Source: Chrysomallon squamiferum
Taxonomy: Eukaryota > Animalia > Mollusca
Direction: 5' to 3'
NCBI GenBank assembly: GCA_012295275.1
Contig: CM022669.1
Location: forward strand, 744,001 to 808,000
Length of the DNA stretch: 64,000 bases
The position numbers and the translations under genes are program-made. The notes below the pieces were generated by a model. It worked only from the letters and a program-made list of their open reading frames with translations, was not told the DNA's origin and did not search any database. Positions 1-13,766 of the stretch are shown in pieces (the stretch's first letter is position 1; the number at the start of each line of letters is the position of its first letter).

Positions 1-282
1 TTTCTACCGGATTTTGACGCGAACCACAGTTGAAGATCATTGCCTATCTTTCTTTTTACTTGTAAGATCTCTAGATAATATTTGTTAATTATTTTGCATA
101 AATTTCGCTGATGTATATGAAAATAATATTATATTTAGTTAATACAATGCAGTATAGTAACTATTGTTGTGATTTCAATTTCATTTGAGTTTAAAATTCA
201 CGTTGTCTATATTTACTAGTGTTTTATAGCGGAATGTGTTTCTCAAGTTTTAGGTGAATAATACATAGGAAGAAGATTCAGA

Positions 283-2601
283 ATGGCTGATGCCAGTGAC
301 TTGGACACTTTGGAGAAGAAAATCGAATCTTTGGAGGCTATTGTATTTGGAAATGCCGAAAAAGATGCACAGTATCCAAAGGTAGAATGATTTGGTAAAA
401 CTGTTCAAGCCGTTTTGTGGTTCTTGCACTGTTAAATTAGTATTAGTACAATTAATGCCTGACGTTTCGTTCGTTTCAACTTTCACTTTTCAGTTTAAAC
501 CTTTTTATCTGTGTTAAAAACTTTAAATTGAGTATTTTGTTACGTTTTGTTAATAAAACTAGAAAAATATTTAATCTTATAATAACTAAGTTATTTATAT
601 TGTTTTAAAAGGAATTTATATAAATACATAATTATAATATCAAATCGCTACACATGAATGATGAAACTTGAAAGCTTAAATTCAAAACATTCCTATAATT
701 TACAAAAATAAAAATATAAGCTGTTATAATCTAAATGATACAACAGATAAGCAGTGAAGTGCATTTCAGTTATCCATTATTTGTTTCAAGTTATATAGTT
801 TTACTAAATCATAATTCTACCTCATTGCATTCAAATTTTTCTGGTTTCAGTCAAAACTAACAAAAATCCTGCACAGAAGTTCAGATTGATTTTGTTTTTG
901 AATACATTAATTTGATGTAACTGTTAAAGTGACCTTCCTAATTCAATTTTGCACTGAAGTGATTTCATAACAAAGATATTTAAACTGACTTGTTTCTTTT
1001 GATAAGATTATAGATTTAGATGATTATTTTGTTATCAGTTAAAAAAACAAACAAAAAACAAAACAAATCAAAATTAAAATAAAGTGAATTTAATAACTTT
1101 AAATTTTTTTTTCTCACTCAGTTCTCTTTTGTGGTTTTTATTATTACTATTATTATTTACTTTTATTTTTATGACATTTAATTAATATTATTATTTTAAA
1201 TTTAATCTTCCTTATTTTAACCTTTTATTTGACTGTTCTCATCTTGTATATGTTATATATGCATTAAATATATGTGATCTATGATTTATATAATTTTAAT
1301 TGCTTGCTTTCTGCAATGATGTTCATGTTTTTGCATATTTTAGTGCACAATTCCTTAAAGAAATACTCAGGACAAATCAGAATTTTATATTTTTGTAAAT
1401 AGTCCCAATCCATTTGAAACATATATATTTTTTTAAATGAAATATAATAATTTAGAATTAAGAAAAAAATGTGTGTGTGTGTGTGTGTGTGTGTGTATTG
1501 TTTGTCAAGAATACTTTATAACATTTATTAATGACTTAGTGGTTATAATCAATCCAGCTAAAGAAATATGCTGATTTCATAATATGTATCAAACTATTAA
1601 TATGTTATTAATAAAGTTAAATAAATGCAGCAGTTTGACCTGAGTGTACCTTTAAACCCCCTCTGTGTTCATGTTTTGTATGTGTATAAATATTTGCATG
1701 TTTTTTCAGGGTTCATCGACAGACGAGCAGGTAATCATATTTTAATCAGTTTTTTTCAAATTACAAAGGCAGAGTAGTTGTAGGTTACCTTGGTGATGAC
1801 ATTTTGTATGCATTAATTTCATTAAATATAACTGCATAACAAATCTTATTTTTTATATTTTTTAACTTCAGAATTTAAATACTTTAAAAAAAAGTTCCTT
1901 TATAATGTGTCTTTAACAGTTATATTGCTTGTTAATATTTCTTTCTTTTTCAAGGTTAATAGTTAATACAGTTTAATTTTTTTAAACAAACTAAATATAA
2001 AACTGTTTTATACATCTTATGACATAATCAAATAGAATTATCAGTAACTTATCTATTAAAGTTTAATGAATATATATTTGTATTTTATATTATTCAGCAT
2101 GCAGTATATGTTTTTAGTATTATGTCTCTTTGTGAGAAAGAGAGATATACCTGAATGGTTTTCTTTATAGATGGGGTTTAATCTTTTATTTTTGTACTAA
2201 TTTTATATTAATGTTAAAATTGTAATTGGAAGTATGCACTAAAGAAAACTGATCAAATTTTATTTCCTTGTATTAATAATCATAATATTATTGCCACATA
2301 CTTTTCAAAAGGATACTTCTCAATCACAGGAAACTAACTTTAAAGTGATAACATATATTTGTATTTATTTACATGTTATTTGAGTGTTTTTGCTGTGTTC
2401 ACAGTGTATTGACAATCTGTCAGCGATACAGAGCAATTTGTTTGCAGCAACAGCCAGCAAGAAAAAGATTCTTCGTGCTTTTGAAAAATGTAAGTATTTT
2501 TGAAACAAATATTAATTTATTAGTTTTAAATAGTTTTAGAAACCCTACAAAAAATTAATAGAAAAGAAGAAGTAAAAAATGATAATAGAAATTATGGCTT
2601 G

Positions 2602-2662
<61 letters not shown>

Positions 2663-5111
2663 CCCAGAAAGACCCAGATACAGACACACACATGCATTAA
2701 ATATTTATTAAAAGGAAAACCCAAACAAAACAACATGTTGTGTCTTAATACTATCAATAATATATTATCAATATACTTATATTGTGAATAAAGCATTTTT
2801 GTTATGTAATGAATTTAATATTTTGTTTTAAACAGTACCAGAATTGGAAAAATACTTAGACCCAGCCTTTGTAGATAATTTGACAACATCACAGGCAGTG
2901 AAAGCAGAAGTGATTCTTTCAGGTGAAAATTTAAGTCAAATGCAAATCTTCTGCTTACAAATATGTTTGTATTTCAAATTAATGTCAGTCATATCAGTAA
3001 ATTAGTAAATAATAAATACATATACATATGTGAGTGTATTTTTTATTTTTTTGTACATGGAAAATGTGTATTTTTTATTTTTTTGTACATGGAAAATGTG
3101 TATTTTTTATTTTTTTGTACATGGAAAATGTGTAATCCAGGATTTGTATAATCACTGGAATTTTCAGGTATTTTGTGTAATGTCTGATTTACTAGGTATT
3201 GTGTATAATTTATGAAATTTTTTCTGTAGTTAAAATATTGGATTTTAGCTTAATCATTTTCTGTGTTGGTGCAAACAACAAAATGTTTTATTGTATCAGT
3301 TTGAGATTAAAGTAATAATGATGTGTAACTTGTATTTTCAGAGGAAGGTTTTCTTCAGAAACAAGCCAGTCTTCTTGACAAGATGAAAAGTCTGGAAGAG
3401 TACATCAACAGCGAACATATTAGAGGTTTCTTTTTCAATTAATCTTTTGTTTTATTTTAGAAACCAAAAAGATGTACTGAAAATTATTTCAAATATGTTT
3501 TTGGTCTATTTTTCAAGTATTATTTATTTTTAATTTTTCATGAGATTATGTAAAGATCTTGTGCATGTTATTTATGTTAATAACTGTGTTATTAACAAAT
3601 TAATTTTGTGATATTTCAGCAGTTCCAACATTGTCTGATAAACTACAAGAACTATGTCAGGTTCACTTACAGCAGCAGGTAAAAGTATAATCAAACAGAG
3701 TTATCTGCCTTTGATAAAACAAATACAAATTTGTCCTCCAGTACAGCAGACTGGGTGGAAGTTGTACATTTTGATTCTTTTGTAAATGCATAAATAATTT
3801 TAACTTTCATGCTTTTAGGCAGAGCCATAGTATAATTTCAAGTAGGTTTCGTTATCATTTTGCTTTAAAAGCTGTATTAAATCAAGTTTTATTAGTTCTA
3901 TAGTTTTTTCTACTATCCTGTTGTATACTATATAAACTTTTGTTGCTCTATGACTATTTTATCACACTGGTTTTTAACAAAATAGGAAGATACATCTTAC
4001 AATTGGCAAACAATAATTTAATTGAAATTTTCCTCAAAACTAGAAACCTTTGTTCTGCTGAGTTCAGATTACAAATCTCAAATTGCAAAGTTTATTAGGT
4101 CATTTTAAAGCTGTGATGATCCTCTTACAATATAAAAGTCTCTTTCAAATTCGTGCTCACTGTGACTCATTTTGCTGTTCTTGGTTCCAGTTATTATCCT
4201 CTTTTTTTTGATATTCTTCCATGAGAAAATAAATTTAAATATTCCTTAACATGTTGCTAGAAAGTAGTATAAAATTTTGTTTAGATATGTACTGATTTGT
4301 AGGTTTTTTTCCCTCTAAAAACTGACCTGAATCAAACACAGAAGTTGTAATAGGAACATTTGACAAATGTGAGGTTATATGTGTGACAGGAACAGCTATG
4401 AAAACAAATATGATAAATGGAATTCTGTGTGAAAAGTTGTTAAATATTAAATAATATTTTATGAGAATCATCATTATATTACTCTTGTAATTGATTATTT
4501 TATTTGTTAAAGGATAAAACTGGGGAACTGACAGAGGACGTGAGAGCTCTACTTAGCAACTACAACTCAATTGTATCCTTTTCATTGCTTGCTTCAGTTA
4601 CTTTAAACATACACACACACACACATGCACATGGTAAATTGCCTACATACAATTAAAACATTTCCCAATAGTTGTTTTATATGATTCTTGTGACTAGACT
4701 TTGTTAATAATAAAACAAAACAATAAAATAATAAACTTACAGAAATATAAAGAGGCTAACAATTTTCTTTTTCAGTGATTTCATTTTGTAAAGATATATT
4801 TTTGCATTAATTTATTTAGTGTCATAAGATTTTTTTTATTGTATAATAAAAGAAAAAAACTTCATCAGTTGTAAGTTTGTTATTCGAAATTTGAACACTA
4901 GACACAAATTTGAAGTATGTTATATTCAGGCTATTCAAAGCAGTCCAAGTTAAGTAATATCATTTTCTTTTTGTGTACAAACTGTTAAACTAAAATTAAT
5001 TGAATGTTGTTGTTTTTCTTAACTTACAAGATAAATTTACTCTCCAAACAGTTCTTGAAGTGGGATGAGATAATCACTGAGGCTGAGATTGAAGCAGCAA
5101 GAAAAAAATGA
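283..5111 (+). CDS. DCTN3: Dynactin subunit 3 (p22/p24), 7 coding exons, 184 aa (191 aa with optional microexon)
   Basis: Manually spliced GT-AG exons 283-381, 2405-2489, 2836-2922, 3342-3425, 3620-3678, 4513-4572, 5031-5111 (555 nt, phases consistent). Product MADASDLDTLEKKIESLEAIVFG...ELEKYLDPAFVD...ILSEEGFL...NSEHIRAVP...VHLQQQD...LLSKQFLKWDE matches recalled human DCTN3 motifs (KYLDP, HIKAVP, HIQQQD, LLSKQFVQWDE). Confidence 0.93.
1710..1730 (+). CDS. DCTN3: Candidate 21-nt alternative microexon of DCTN3 (GSSTDEQ)
   Basis: ttttttcag|GGTTCATCGACAGACGAGCAG|gtaatc. Phase 0-0 and frame-preserving within the phase-0 intron 382-2404; retains 2 CpGs in a CpG-poor intron. Confidence 0.6.
3034..3134. 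repeat. 32-bp tandem repeat x3
   Basis: GTGTATTTTTTATTTTTTTGTACATGGAAAAT; CATGG at 3056, 3088, 3120. Confidence 0.9.
4573..5030 (+). other. U12-type (minor spliceosome) GT-AG intron, last intron of DCTN3
   Basis: 5' splice site GTATCCTTT at 4573; branch-site-like TTTTCTTAAC at 5014-5023 just before AG at 5029-5030; no polypyrimidine tract between branch site and AG. Confidence 0.85.
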
Positions 5112-8100
5112 AAGTGGACATTTGAGAGAAAATAATCGATGACCTGATTGAAAAAAACAAAAATATATAAAACAGATATTTCCAGTGGTCAGTGGTGGTC
5201 AAGATTAAATATAAAAGAAAAAAAAATTATATTTATTCCATCTTAATATATTTCCATTCTAAGTTTTAATATTTGCATAAAATACATTGATGTTTTTATT
5301 AAGTAGTGAGACATTGTTTTAAAAAATACTGCAGCTTTTGTTTACAAAATTTATATTTATATGACTCTAGAACTTTTTCTTATTTTTCTCACATTTGTTA
5401 GTTACATTCCTATTCTGAATATAAGAAAGTAGAAATTTTTAAAAACTATTTTACTAAGTTAAATTTAAAAGCAATTTCTGTGTGTAAAAACCTGACATAT
5501 AAGAAATAGCAAAGTGGGAGATGAGTTACATCTGAAACTAACAAAGAGCTTTTTTAAAATAATTCTTGCTGCATTGTTAGAACACTGGTGCAACAATTTG
5601 TAACAGAACTTTTTTTTTATTAGAGTTATTATTAGAGAGTTCTTATTAACAGTAGCAGCATGTTTCACAACATTGATTTCATGTTTTATTCAGTTTTCAT
5701 TTAAGCTTGGTGTCATACCTATAGTTCACATTTTTTATTGTTCTCTTTTTTTTTCTGTCTGTTTAAGCAGATGAGAATCTCATCATACTGGAATTAAATT
5801 TTATACATAACAAAATAAAATAAGCAACCTTTTCTCTGGCCAGCAATCAGTTTTGATTGGTTTTCTTAATAAAATAAAATTATGTGTACACATTTCCATT
5901 ATTTAACTAAAAGAATAAAGTTATCAAAATACAACTTGCTATTTATGTACTACATAAGAAGAATGTAGTATTTGCTTTAAGATGGTAACAATTTAGGTAA
6001 CTTACTGTGTTTATAAACTTTATTATAACTGAAACAGCAAGAATATCAAGTCAGCATATTACATCTAATTCTGATGTATGTTAAAGTGCAATATGAAACA
6101 TCACTGAATGTTATATATAAACATGTTTTATTATTTGTTACATTATTATTTATTATCATGGCTTTACTTCAGTTGTCGCTCTACTACGTTGGTTGAGGAA
6201 AATAAAAACATAAAATTCATTTCTTTTGGTGGTATTTTAAAACAAAATTTATTGGGCATAGAACATAAATAGTGATTCTTTATCATCTCCGTCTTGAAAC
6301 ATAATATTTTGTTATCTGGCTGAGCCTTGATAAAGTACATCTCCAGTTTCAAAAAGATGACACTGAATTTCTTGCTTATGGAAGGGCTCCACCCTACCCT
6401 TATAATTAATGTCTTTCATTTTTTAAATGTCTTATTTCCAGAAACTGTTTATTATATGAAAGAAATATGAAAACTACAGACCTTGGCTGATCAGACACAT
6501 AATAATAATCTTATTATAAACAGAAATAGCTAATACGAGTTCAAAAATAACTGTAACATGGTTGATCATAACCAAAATAAATGCTAACTTTGTTGTACAA
6601 TAACAGGGCATAATAATGGTAAGTAGTGGATCACATTTTGCTTCTAAATAATATTAAAATCAAAATCTAAAATAATACTTGAAGTAGTGTCTTTTTTTTT
6701 GTTCTTGTCACTAGTGAAATCAACTGATTTTCATGACTAAAATAAATTTGAATCATTATTGAAAAATGATAATAAATGAAAAAATAATTAAAACAAATAA
6801 TAATAATAAAATGATTTAAATCATGATTTAAGTAACTAATTTGCAGACTAAGAAAATATTAACATAAATTGTCTTGACAGCACTTTATAAAGACTATAGG
6901 TACTTGATGTAAGAAAAACAAATGTAAAATGTATAGGATTTCTTAGTTCATTCAGTTCATGGTTCTTCAACATTGTACATATGAAATATTTCCATCCTAA
7001 CAATAAACAACTAAATAAAATGAAATCAGAGATAGCCTAAGAAGATTAGTTTTGTGAAAATTCTCACTTGGAAAATAAGTATTATAATGGTTTTGTGTAG
7101 AACATCACTGATCAGAAAAAAAGAAAGCAAATTTGATTTGTTTTACTACAAACTATAAATATTTGAACACATTTAAACAATTTTAATTTATTTTCATATA
7201 CACTATAAAAATTATATAAAAATAATAATTTAAAGTAATATTTTAATAAAGTTTGCTTCATAATGTAACAAATTTCAGTTGTAATATCTAAGTAGTGTTT
7301 TTAATCGTTCAATACACCTGGCCCCAAGTTTCTCCATACTTCTCTCCCAGTTTTCATCTCCAAACCCCTGTTAATTCCTAACCATTCCTTGAAACTGTAA
7401 ACAATTTATTTAAAGACTGAAAGATAGGAGAAAGTCCCAATTCATTATTTTGTTTTTCTTTGTAAATAAGAAAACGGTAATTACAGATCTGTTATTCAGT
7501 GTATTTAGTTTACTTAACACATTCACAACTAACAGAAGGCTACAACTGTGCCTTTGAAAGCAGCAACATAACAATAATGAGTAATTGGAAAATAGTGACA
7601 GTCGTGCATATATTGCTACATAAAAATAATGGTTGAGTTTTTGTCTTTAAACATTAAAGGACACCAGTCCATATATTTGCTATCACAACACAGATATTTA
7701 TGATAATATTATTGTACATATATTTATATTTCCAGTAATAAAAAGAGTACTTCACAAAACATATCATGTATTAACAGGACGACAAAATGTATAATTGAAA
7801 AACTCGAATATATCTGACCTACCCTTACTAATTTAATCCCAGAATCAACACACAAAACAGTCACCTTCCTGGCAACAAACAATTTTACAAAGGACTTTCT
7901 ACTGCCTGTTTGGAAATGACTAACGTGATGAAAAATAGATAATTTTGTACTCTAAGTAACAGTATTCTTTCATTCAGTTTGAGAACAAAAACATTAGATA
8001 AAACCGTTAAAAATTAAAAAACATTATTCTCATTTTGAGATGAGAATTTTAAGCTTATTTTGTACACATGATTAAATAAAATAAAAGAACATTCAGTTTT

Positions 8101-8578
8101 CATACATTGTAGGTTAACAGGATTTTAACAGATTTAATAAAACTTTGCCCTAATAAATCTGTCCACTTTAACTGAGTTAAATAATTTATTTCAGAAGTAA
8201 AATCAAATATAAGTAAAATATAAATTAAAAAGATAGAACCAGATTAACTATGTTTTGTATGCTTCAAAATACTGCTCTAATTCTTTATAAAATATGACAG
8301 TAAAATAAGAAGCCTTCATCAGTGTTGACATTTTCTCTCTTTTTGTGATGTCATTTTATACACAGTAGACTGAAATAATCCTATCAACCTGAGACTTAAA
8401 CCATGCATTCAGTTTATAAAATACTCGTAAAAAGGTGTTACAAAGAGAGGCTATATTAACCTCCATTCATCTTGTTTATTATCATTTACGGTTGTGTTAT
8501 TAGCAAAAATAAGTGACCAGAAAGTTAGAAGACTACAAAACCTATTTAACATTTTTCTACAGCAGCTAAAAGTGATGA

Positions 8579-11500
8579 TTATGAAGACAAATCTAGTGTT
8601 GACTTCAGCGCTGACCACTTGGCTCTCAGACTGTTTTTCACACTGTCTGAGGCAAAGATGTGACTGATGCTGTTGTAAGACAGATCCCAAATGTTTTCAC
8701 GAGAAAATCTGAAAGTTTCAGCTGCTAGGATGTATTCTTTAGAAAGTGATGTTTGGTAAACTCCTTTTCCATCAGTCTGCAACAAAACAGAATTAGTGTA
8801 AACAACAATGTAAACAACATCATGTAAACAACAGTGTAAACAACATGGGTTCAGGACAAACAAAGCTTTAAATAAAAGGACTTCAGTGGTCATTTAATAG
8901 TTGTTTCATTAAAAAAAAAATTGTTAACATTGATGTTTTAATTATAAGCTTCAGTCAAATCATTTATGAATAAACAGCCTACAACACAAGAGAAATATCA
9001 GTTGAACACAATGTGTGTGTATTTAGCTTCTAAAATATGAATTTTATATTTAAAAAAAAAAAGTTTCAAGCAATGATACCTAAATTAGTGCAAAATAAGT
9101 GTTTACTTTATATAAATTTAGTGTAGAACATTTTGAACTGTGAGTTTAATCTAAATTTTAATCGTTTCAAACTTTTTCTAACAACCAGCATAGCAGTTAA
9201 TATTTTTGGACGTCAATTGTGAAATTCAACTTTATTCTGGATATTTTTTCACGTTTATTTTGGCAAACTGAAACTATACATGAATTTTTATTTATTTACT
9301 TTTGTAAAGGATCTTATGATGTTATACACAGAACAAAGGCAAAAGTACAAGTTTAACTGTTATAGAGTAAATACAGTGGTACCTCGAGTAACAAGTGCTC
9401 CAACTCTTGAGTTTTCTGAGATATGAGCTTTGAATTGCAAGCTAAAATCTGAGTTACAAGCAAGCTTCAGATATGCTAGTAGGCGCAACAAACAACACAA
9501 CATCCGCCCAGCATCCTGTGTCTTACTTGTTTGCTTCATGTGGTTACCTCGCCATGGAAGCATCTCTTGTGTTGTGCTTGCATTTTGTTCAGTATTGTGC
9601 CAAATTTCCATGGATCCTAAGAAAGTGAGTGCAAAGGACAGTGCTGAGAAGAAGAAGCAGATGATGTCTATTGAATTAAAGCATGAAATCATAGAAAAAC
9701 ATGAACAAGGTGTGTGTGTAGTCGACATGGCTAGGCAGTATGAGTGTCATACTTCTACAATAAGTACCATACTGAAGCAGAAGAGTCAGTAAAGCCTGTA
9801 TGTCCAGCCAAAGGCATTAAAATAATTTCTAAGCTGCAGACCTCTGTCCATGAAAAGCTGGAGAAAACTTAACCCTGTACACTTTAGAAAACCAATTTAT
9901 TTCTTTACATTCTCTTTTATTTTGTTTTTATACAATATTTGTCGTTTATGCATTCAGTTTTCTTATTTAAAAACACGTTACAAAACATGTTGTGATTTTG
10001 GGGGAGGGCCGAAATGGATTAATGGTATTTCAATTAATTTCATTTGAAAAAATTGATTTGATATACAAGTAAATTGAGTTACAAGCTCGGTCATGGAACA
10101 AATTAAACTCGTAAGTCAAGGTACCACTGTAGTTTTAAATGAATACATCTGACTCACACAGAGGATGACTGGATGATTTTTACTGTACCAGAACTCCAGA
10201 TGATGAGATTTGTAATCATTCACTGTCTTTGTCTTTACATTGGATGTCATACACACCTCTGTAACAATAACACATACACATTACAACTCTTACACAGTAA
10301 ATATAGTGTTTCACAGTGTTTCATTATTAGCATTTTTTTATTTTTTATTTATTTATTTTTTTTGTTGTTGTTGTCAGATCATTTATCTGGCAAATTCTGA
10401 GGAGGAAGTGAACCAGATTTCTGGACAAACGTTTAATTAAACAGCTAAAATACAAAACAAAAAATGAAACTGTATTTAACAGATACAAATTAATTTGCTT
10501 CAAGTGACAACTTTATACTCTGATTCTGTCAAACTCCAATACTCTTCAGCTGGAGTAGAATTTAAGTATCTGTTCCTTTAGTGTCTTGATAACACAGGCA
10601 ATATATGTACCAACACCATACTCTCATACAACACTGCAAAGAAGCGCTTTTATCTGATGTCATAAGTAACTCTACCTTATTTGATACACTGCCTGCAAAA
10701 TGTTTCATTTTTTGGTTTTCAGTTAGCAAGTTATCTTTCTGCTGGCATTTTAGATATACAATTAAATCAAAAATACAATAAACTGGCAAAACTGGAGAAG
10801 TAGACACAGCATTTGTCATTACAAGACTAATGTGATACAAATGCGTCATGAAAATTAAAACAAAGCAGCCAAGAGATGACCTGCTATAAAAATAAATATC
10901 AGATTCAAAACTTTCCAGTTTTTAAAAATAGTCAGATGAATGGCCTGGTACCTATTATATTGTATTCCTATAAATTATATCAAGGAACATTTTAAATTTA
11001 CATTTGCTAAAAAGTAAGTATAGTGTCCAGAGATTACTAACAACTGTTGAACGGTGAAGGAATCTATAAATGAACTTTTGAGTAGAATGTATGTACCAGC
11101 TTTGAAAAGAAAGGTGAAGTTTAACGAACCTATTGGAATGTTTTTCTCTAAGACAAGTTGTTTCAGGTCAACAGTGTCATCACCAGACGCTGAAGTGTGT
11201 TTGTGTAAATAGGTGCCGTGTCCAATTCTGTCACAGCAACACCTGTTTAATACATTCAACGTTTCCTCAAAACTAGGAATCTGCAATCACAAACTAAATT
11301 CTATTAAAAAAATTAAATAATAATAAAAATAATAATAATACAGATTACATAAATTTCAGTTACCGAGTAAACATCATGTATAAATAAATAATAGATAAAT
11401 ACATTTTTTAATTTCTTGCTAACAAAGATTTACTTCTGGCAGTATGAAAGGAACAATAACACTGAAATAAAAAACAAACAGAAATCTATTTTGCCCTGCA

Positions 11501-13528
11501 GTTATGTCATATGAGGAAAATATAATCTAAAGCATGATACATTCTTTATGAAGACAATGAGTGTGATATTAAATATTAAGTGTAATTAAAACTAGATAAA
11601 AGACTAAAAAGAGAAAGGTCTAATTCAAACAAAAGTGACTGAATCATACAATCAGAGGAAGAAGAGTCTAACCAATGAGAAAAACATTTAAAAGTGAAAT
11701 GAGTTAAAGCCTTTGAAAACAAAGAAAACCAACACAAGTTACTTACTTCAGCTAAGTGCAAAGCAAGTTTTAAACCCTTTTCATGTGCCATCTGGAAAAC
11801 TGGAATGTAATCACTGGCATCACCAACCTGAACAAAAGTATTTAATAGAATTTTAACAGTTAGTATTTAATATACATTTTAAGTTAATATTTAATATAAA
11901 TCTTAACAGTCAGTATTTAATACACATCCATGTCATTTAGCAGTAAGTATCTTTTATATGCACCTTCTCATAGATTGAAATTATCTACAAACTCTGATAA
12001 ACAAGTTTTGAGGGATCAGCTTTGAAGGACATATTCTAATTGTATGAAGAGGAAAGCCGAAGTGTCACACATCAGATCTGTAAGCTAAATCGGCCCACAT
12101 CATCTTTGTAAGTTAAATAAAAAAAAACTAGGTACCTGAGGATCACCACTGAAGTCAATCCCAACAACAATTCCATCAGATTCCTGCTGATACCTTTCAG
12201 CAATTTTCACTGTTTCCTTGGCAACATCAACACCTCGCCTCCGGTCAATGGAGACCAAAATACAAACGAGGATGTCGAGGTTTTCGGCTCTGCAGTCTCT
12301 CACTGCCCGAATCATACTGTCCAAGTACAAGGTCCATGTCAGGCCAGTTTCAGGAATGTCTTTTGGTGTTGATCGGAGCTCAAGATATTTAACATTGTCT
12401 GCAGCATATTCATGAATTACATCATATGTCAACTGGAATATATATTTATCAAAAACTGAAAACACTGCTGGAAATACTTGTTAATCTTGTAACTCAGAGA
12501 CAAACAAATTTACAAAAATAGAAATAAATAAACAACATACATACATATATGTATACACACACATGCCACAAACATATAATAAATAAATTAATAATTAAAA
12601 TTTCATTACATAAAATAAACAAGATATAGATGGCACTAATAAAATATGATAATTAATGTAATTACTTTAATTAACTTTTATATTAATATATTTATTTTTT
12701 AATTTCATTAAAATACTGACCAAAGAAAATGGAAATTTCATAGTTATATATCTCACAGCAGGACTAAAAATAACAATAATTATAATAACAATAAAATAAC
12801 AATAAAATTAAATGTAAAATGTATAAATAAATAATTTTAAAACAAAAAGTAAGATTACATTTATAACCTTTTAATCCATGTAGAAATTCTTTTTTATCCT
12901 TTAAATTATTTAATAGTAAATTTAAAGTAAATAGCAATAAAACTCTTTTAACGTCTTAAAACAAAAACAAGAATAAATATGACTCAGTCTGGGATTTGTG
13001 AATAAATAAATGAGTCACTGGCTCTGCATTTCGCAAATGGTCAGGGCATTCTGCAAAACCATGGCAACGAATTTCAGAAAAAAATGATGGATGAGACGAT
13101 TGCCTCAGGGGCAGAATAATACTAATCATGCTAATTGGAAGTCCTGTGTCTGCTCTGTAGAATGTCCTACATGATACAACCCCAGCATTTTACTGACTGG
13201 TCTGTCATACACGCAGTAACAAGCAAAACACATACTGCGGGATGCATATGTCAGAATTTCCTCTGTAATTACTGAGAGCTACATGGGACTGTGTGTGGAA
13301 CTAATCAATATCATCCACTGATACCTCTGTAATTCCTGCAAAATTGTAGCTCTCAAGGTGATTGTTTTTTCTGGGTTTTTTTTTATTAAATTATTCTCTT
13401 GCCGATTTTATTTAATAAGATGTATAGAGGAAAATAATTTGAATGTATAATACAAGCACATATGTCAATATGCACAATTTCAAACATGCTAAGTTGAATC
13501 AAATATTAATCTTTCTGGGGTTTTTTAG

Positions 13529-13582
<54 letters not shown>

Positions 13583-13704
13583 TAATTTTGTTTTTTAATT
13601 TTACTTTATTTAAGCCATGAGATTAATATATTTATCTTCATCATCTGCTACTGAATGATACACAAAGTTTATAAAAGTCATTCATATTTCAGGAAAGTAT
13701 TTAA

Positions 13705-13766
<62 letters not shown>

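Noticed and set aside
3617-3622. NAGNAG (CAGCAG) tandem acceptor in DCTN3
   Set aside because: Common feature altering one residue; the proximal AG gives the conserved AVP sequence.
4241-4260. Perfect U12 branch-like TTCCTTAAC followed by TAG in DCTN3 intron 5
   Set aside because: The upstream donor (3679, GTAAAA) is U2-type and no U12 donor precedes it; probably chance.
10562-10880. 95-aa minus-strand ORF with a plausible acceptor inside ADAL intron 6
   Set aside because: No similarity to ADAL exon 7 or any family I recognise; the gene model is complete without it.
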